DNA from: Eledone cirrhosa
Taxonomy: Eukaryota
DNA length: 64,000 bases
Direction: 5' to 3'
Assembly (NCBI GenBank): GCA_964016885.1
Contig: OZ024743.1
Span: forward strand, 64,418,001 to 64,482,000
Every line of letters starts with the position of its first letter. Positions within the stretch are counted from its first letter, which is position 1. This document shows positions 57,958 through 64,000 of the stretch, piece after piece. Both the position numbers and the translations under genes were made by a program. Below the pieces are notes generated by a model. The model made no database searches. It was not told the origin of the DNA and saw nothing but the letters and a program-made list of their open reading frames with translations.

Positions 57958-58172
57958 AGTGGATTGGCAGTATCGATAGAGGGTCGGACGCCATGCTTTG
58001 CAGCAAAGAGTTACGGCCCTTTGTGGTCTGAATTCAAATCTCGCCAAGGTTAACTTTGCCTTTCATCCTTACGGAGTCGTAAAATAAAGTACCAGTCACG
58101 CACTGGGGTCGATTTGATCGACTTTCCCCTCCCCCAAAATTGCTGGCATTGTGCCTATATAAGAAACTATTA
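57958..58172 (+). mobile_element. tRNA-derived SINE
   Basis: Family match; older copy at 59147-59296. Confidence 0.87.
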
Positions 58173-58505
58173 TTACAGCCCACTCTCCATTGACTGTCCA
58201 TAACAACCAACCATCATTCCAGAACATTCTTTACAATTTATGTCTTCCTTTGTTTTTTGTTTTATTTGGGGGCTTTTTTCGTTTGATTTATTGTTTTGTG
58301 GGGTTTTTTTAATAATTATTTTATACTTATATTTTCTAATCGTTTTATTGTTTTGTATATGAACTTTTGTTGTTGTTCAGCCCTGATCGATCAAACCTAT
58401 ACTCAAGCTAAAGGTGTTCTGTCCATCACCATCCATCCTTTGTATGTATATATATGTATATATAAGTGCGTGTGTGTGTATGTATATATATATATATATA
58501 TATAT

Positions 58506-58698
58506 ATAATTAGAAAGTGAACAACACAAAATATAACTACTCCATTACCAAAGGTTTCTGGATCCCAGACAATATTAATATACGTCTGGATCAGTCATCA
58601 GACAGAAATGTTATGACCGATCCAGACATAATTAATATTGTCTGGGATCCAGATAATAATGGAGTAGTTATATTCCGTGTTTTTCACTTTCTAATTAA
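58506..58698. mobile_element. Fold-back element with a hammerhead (58542-58605, -)
   Basis: Arms taattagaaagtgaa..ctccatta..tctggatcccagacaatattaat are mirrored. Minus strand reads ctgt-CTGATGA-ctgatccagac..gtctgggatcca-GAAA-CC ttt GG-TA-atgg. Confidence 0.72.
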
Positions 58699-60184
58699 AT
58701 AGCTCTGTTCTATATATAGAGCACTCTTTTTTCCTTTGCTTTTCCTTCGGAATTACCTAAAACATATATATATACACAAAATTGTATGTAAAACATCGAG
58801 TTTTCGTAGTGCTGAGGAGTCATGAAGTTCCTTGAAAATGTAAGACACAGAAATGACTGTAAATACAGTCAGTTGCTGAAAATAATGGCTGGGGAAAAAT
58901 ATCGGGTAAAATACATCTAGGACTCTTCGTAGCGGCCACTGGCTACTCAGGACGAAAACCATGCTGTGTGTCAATTAGGAAGTCATTTTTTTCTAGGAAT
59001 CCGATTAGTTATCTACTCTGATAATTTGTTCCATGACATCGCTGATATGTGTGGAGAGAGAGAGATAGGCCAGTACGTTTTTTTTTGCATCTGTTCTGTT
59101 TCCTCCTTTGTGTATACGGTATATTATGTATTCCTTATATACGAAAGGGGCGGTGAAATGACAGAGTCTATAGAACGTCGGATAGAAAGCTTTGTGGTAT
59201 TCGTGTCGGCTCTCGTTCAAATCCCGTCGATGTCAACTTTACTTTTCATTCATTCGAGGTCGATAAAAATGTACCAGTCAAGTACTGGGGTCGATTCTTC
59301 CTCTATATCTGTTTCTCCCTTCCATTCTCTCATTTTCTCTATCCTTCTCTGGAAGAAATCTTCTGTATTTAGACCTGGAGAGGTGATGGGCTTCGCCAAG
59401 TTTTAAGATGTCGAAGAAACGCCGTCTGTCAATATGGCGTCCCTGCGACTCCCTCGGGTATTACGGGACCATGTATGCAGGAATATATGCAAGGAAGCTT
59501 TGGAAAAGAAATTAAAACGATATTACTAAAACCTGTTTATATCTTCTCAAAAGAAACGCTGAGATCTCATCAAGCTCGAATTCTGTGTTTATATTGATCT
59601 CATCTATGGTGGATATTACACGTTCCTTCTTTGTATCGATGTAATCGATGCTTGCTTTTCTCTGTCTAACAATTCATCTAGCTTGTATATTTACATGTTG
59701 TAGAGCATTGCCGCCATCTTGTAAAGGCGAAATATTGACGGTAGGGACTTTGCCGCAGACCGATTATTGAAGTGGTCGACAGTGAAGGGGATTCCGGTTA
59801 GGCGGCTAACAAGACCTGAACCTTAGGGACAGATCGTTTCTCTGTACACTTTGCTTTGTAAATGTTTGTCACAACAGTTCAACAAAACACTGTTGTTGTT
59901 TTAAGTATAGCTTAACCAATGCTATAATGTGACCCATCGAAGTGTGTGTACAACACTTTTGAAATGCTCCTTCCGAGTTTCATATATGTTTTCTATATCA
60001 TTTGTCCAAGAGATATCGTCTTAGATCAGTGGCATTATCTTGTGATATTTTGAAAGGGATTCTTTTCCCCTATTTAACGGAAGCTTTAGGGTTCCGCGAC
60101 TGCTATGTTATGTGTTAAATGTATTTCTGTGACTGCCATGTATATAGTATGTATGTATATATGTATGTTTGTATATATGTATTA

Positions 60185-60470
60185 TGGCGAGGAGGGGGGG
60201 TATTTGGACACCCTGCAGGATGAAATACAAGACCCGGCAAAAGGCGAAGGGACTCAGTAGAGTCAAGGGCCATCCAAATAGGAGTGAAAGGCCTCCAGTT
60301 GTCACAACATCTTTCTAAGAGAAGGAAACTCAGGGAAAAAAAAACCCTGTGGCTTCGGATGCATCCGATGATGTTGACCAGTTCTCCTTTTCGGGTAGTG
60401 TTTTCGATGCTCAGAGAGTGGGATTGGTTGAGTCCAAGGCCTTTGCTCACTTAAAAAAACATTTAAAGCA
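60185..60470 (-). mobile_element. Diverged copy of the (TACA)n-associated non-coding element
   Basis: ggacaccctgcagg, gagtcaagggccatccaaa, gagaaggaaactc and gctcagagagtgggattgg blocks shared with 571-770 and 2740-2920. Confidence 0.7.
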
Positions 60471-60699
60471 CTGTCATTGCTTGTTCAGGTTTTGTGTGTG
60501 TTGTGTGGTTAGTTTGCGCATGTGTTACATCCGGGTGTCTGTGTGTGTTTTTATTTATTTATTTATAAACAAATAGTAGAAAGGAAGAGATTTTTTCAGT
60601 AGAAAATGCTGAAGAGATTCTTTCAGTGTAATATCAAAACATTAATTTATTTACAAAGGGGATATTTCCGCATTTAATATATATATATGTGGGGGGGGG

Positions 60700-61010
60700 G
60701 TCTGTATGGATGGGTGGGTGTCTGTATGGATTGGTGGGTATCTGTATGTGTGGGTGTCTGTGTGGATGGGTGGGTGGGTGTCTGTATGGATGGGTGTCTG
60801 TATGGATGGGTGTATGTATGGGTGGGTGTCTGTATGGGTGGGTGTCTGTATGGGTCGGTGTCTGTATGGGTGGGTGGGTGTCTGTATGGATGGGTGTAAG
60901 TATGGGTAGGTGTATGTATGGATGGGTGTCTGTATGGGTGGGTGGGTGTCTGTATGGGTGGGTGAGTGGGTGTCTGTATGGATGGGTGCCTGTCTGGATG
61001 GGTGCCTGGC
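60700..61010. repeat. (gtctgtatgggtgggt)-like minisatellite
   Basis: Direct reading. Confidence 0.85.
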
Positions 61011-61307
61011 TATGTGTGTATCTATGGTTATGTACTAACAACGTGTGGTAGCTCCCCAAACTCAACCCTTTCAGTTTAAGTGCAAGTGTAGCTTATCTTG
61101 ACATGTTGCACATCAGTGACATTCATAACCTTCCTCAACCTTGTAACCTACAATGTCTAGTCGAGAAATTTATAAAGAACATACTTAATATATTATAACA
61201 TAAACTATAAGGTCGCTGTTATATATTTACCTATACACATATACACACACATATATATATATATTGTATTATATATATATATATGTGTGTGTGTGTGTGC
61301 GCGCGCG

Positions 61308-61348
<41 letters not shown>

Positions 61349-61481
61349 ATATATATGTGTATATATATATATATATATGTAAACATATAAATATATATAT
61401 ATATGTAAAAATATATATATATGTGTGTATATATATACATATACACACATATATATATATACACACATATATATATATATA

Positions 61482-61525
<44 letters not shown>

Positions 61526-61561
61526 TATTTATATATATATATATACACACACATATATATA

Positions 61562-61621
<60 letters not shown>

Positions 61622-61897
61622 AATGTATATATATATATATATATATGTGTGTACATATATATATATATATATATACATAATTCAAAAGTATATAACATAT
61701 ATACCTGTGAATATTGTGTGATTATATATGCTCGTGTGTATGAATGTATGTATATGTACGTATATGTTTGTATATTATGCATATATAATATATATATATA
61801 AACTATATCTATCTCTATCGTTATCTCTCTCTCTCTCCATATATATATCTATATATATATGGAGAGAGAGAGATATATATATATAGAGAGAGATATA

Positions 61898-62049
<152 letters not shown>

Positions 62050-62075
62050 TATATACATATATATACATATATATA

Positions 62076-62135
<60 letters not shown>

Positions 62136-62452
62136 TACACATATATATATCCGTACGAATTTATATATCATGCTTTGCTTGGTAATTTCATTTAAGTGAA
62201 ACATAAGCGGCCTTGTTAACGACTCCCTTGTTTTACTAATAACATAAACGTCTATACATCTTACTTCCTCTATTTTCTTTACATGACACATATCTCCACT
62301 CTCTATAGAGATTTATGAAGACCTGTTGGGCTCTCGTGATTTTTACGTGATGAAAAATATTAATGTTGTGAATATTTTGTTGCCATACCAAACCAAGTCA
62401 AATTACTTCCATCACGAATAGAACACCACGGGTGCATGCAAAGTATCATACG

Positions 62453-62523
<71 letters not shown>

Positions 62524-62524
<1 letters not shown>

Positions 62525-62808
62525 GTGGAGGCACGTGACCCAGTGGTAAGGGTGTTGGACTTACGATCATAATGTCGTGGGCTCGAATCCTGGGCTGCGT
62601 GTTGCGTTCTTGAGCAAAACACTTCATTTCACGTTGCTCCAGTATAGTCACCTGAAAATGAGTACTGGCAATAGCTGGAGGTTTAACCCTGCGATGGACT
62701 GGCGTACTGTCCAGGAGGAGTCTTGTACTCTCAGTCGCTTCACGCCATGAAACCGGGATAAGCACCGGCCAAATGAACCTTCTGGCTTAAGACAGACTTT
62801 AGACTTTA
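62524..62808 (+). mobile_element. Second tRNA-SINE family, V-SINE-like
   Basis: A box tgacccagtgg, B box ggctcgaatcc, V-domain-like aaccctgcgatggactggc..gaaaccgggataagc, and an (agacttt) tail. Confidence 0.75.
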
Positions 62809-62907
62809 TATATATATATATATATATATAACGAAGGAAGTTTGATAAGGAACCAGGTCGACCATAACGCACCAGAATACTCGATACTTTGGGTAGTAGA
62901 ATGGGTA

Positions 62908-63007
62908 ATAGGAAAATAGTCAGGACCCCGACGGCAGAGCTCCAGCCTTTTGACGGCTATTTCTGGACAGAAATAGCCGTCGAAACGGCTGGAGCTCTGA
63001 CTATTTT

Positions 63008-63012
<5 letters not shown>
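62908..63012. repeat. Fold-back inverted repeat
   Basis: taggaaaatagtcag..agagctccagcc..gacggctatttctg is mirrored by cagaaatagccgtc..ggctggagctctgactattttccta; related to 38578-38637. Confidence 0.8.
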
Positions 63013-63081
<69 letters not shown>

Positions 63082-63464
63082 TGTACTATGGGAAACATAC
63101 GTTAAACGATGACAATTATGGGTGTATATATATATATGTATGCATATATGTATATACACACATTCTTGTGTATTCATATGCATACATATGTATACATACA
63201 CCCATAATTATCAACATTTAACGTAGTTTTTTTCCATATATACATATATTCACGCACACACACACATATAATATATGTATATATATTTATATTTATATTT
63301 ATATTTAAATATATATTTATAATTATATATGTATATATATATATATATATATATAAATATTGAAGTTTCCGTTGAAAATTGAAAAAGTCATAGGAGTGAA
63401 GAGTGCTCTTTGTAAGTACCAGAGCTAAATTTAATGTATAATAAACAATACAATATAATTACCT

Positions 63465-63526
63465 CATTACCAGAGGTTTCCCGAATAAGATGAATACAAA
63501 AAACGTCCTCATTCGTTCATCGGACA
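63465..63526 (-). ncRNA. Hammerhead-like motif with a short stem III
   Basis: tgt-CCGATGA-a-cgaatga..ttattcg-g-GAAA-CC tct GG-TA-atg; same architecture as 58542-58605; U4 is substituted. Confidence 0.5.
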
Positions 63527-64000
63527 AGGCAATTTAAAACATAGTGAAATATTTGAAAAATCTCCTCAAGAAAGGCAAAAGTTTAACGGGCAAAAAAAAT
63601 ATATAAATAAATGTAATGCAAGAGATATATAAAAATAAGGAAATATAGTTAGGGTATGTGTATAAATGTGTGTATATTCACTCACAAATGTACATATGTG
63701 TGTATGTACAAATGCATGTGTATAGTGAAAATGTGTGCGTAAGTACATACATGAGGGCAAGCATATCAGTGTATGTGTGACCACAAATACGTATATAATA
63801 TATGTTGAAAAAGAAATTGTAAGATTATAGAGTTAACATAGATCCAGATTCATGTATTAAGGAATATGTGTTCGCATATATGTGGTCGCACGTGTGTGTG
63901 TGTTTTTATACGCGTGCTTTCATACTTGTATGTGTATATATTTCATTCCTTAATACCTGTATCTGGATGTACGTTAACTCTATTATCTTACAATTTCTTT

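Noticed and set aside
62524-62600. tRNA gene
   Set aside because: A and B boxes are present but no clean cloverleaf; it continues into a SINE body and tail.

Overview
AT-rich, microsatellite-saturated animal genomic DNA. The SINE types and the (TA)n/(CA)n/(TACA)n density suggest a cephalopod such as Octopus, but this is inference. I can support no host protein-coding exon, rRNA or true tRNA; nearly all listed ORFs are microsatellite read-throughs. The window is a stack of mobile DNA: decayed R4/Dong-like RLE non-LTR retrotransposons in (TACA)n or (TAA)n tracts, a CR1-like LINE, RTE fragments, a Penelope GIY-YIG fragment, many tRNA-derived SINEs, non-autonomous Helitrons, MITEs and several minisatellites. 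Four things stand out. (1) More than a dozen minimal type I hammerhead ribozyme motifs, mostly inside short fold-back inverted-repeat elements sitting in (TA)n and linked to Penelope. (2) A roughly 500-600 bp structured non-coding element that shares target and orientation with the R4/Dong LINEs. (3) A 50-copy, 84-bp satellite born from an RTE reverse-transcriptase coding segment, with a two-state junction. (4) Helitrons carrying Penelope-like fold-back cargo. All coordinates were read by eye and may be off by a few bases.
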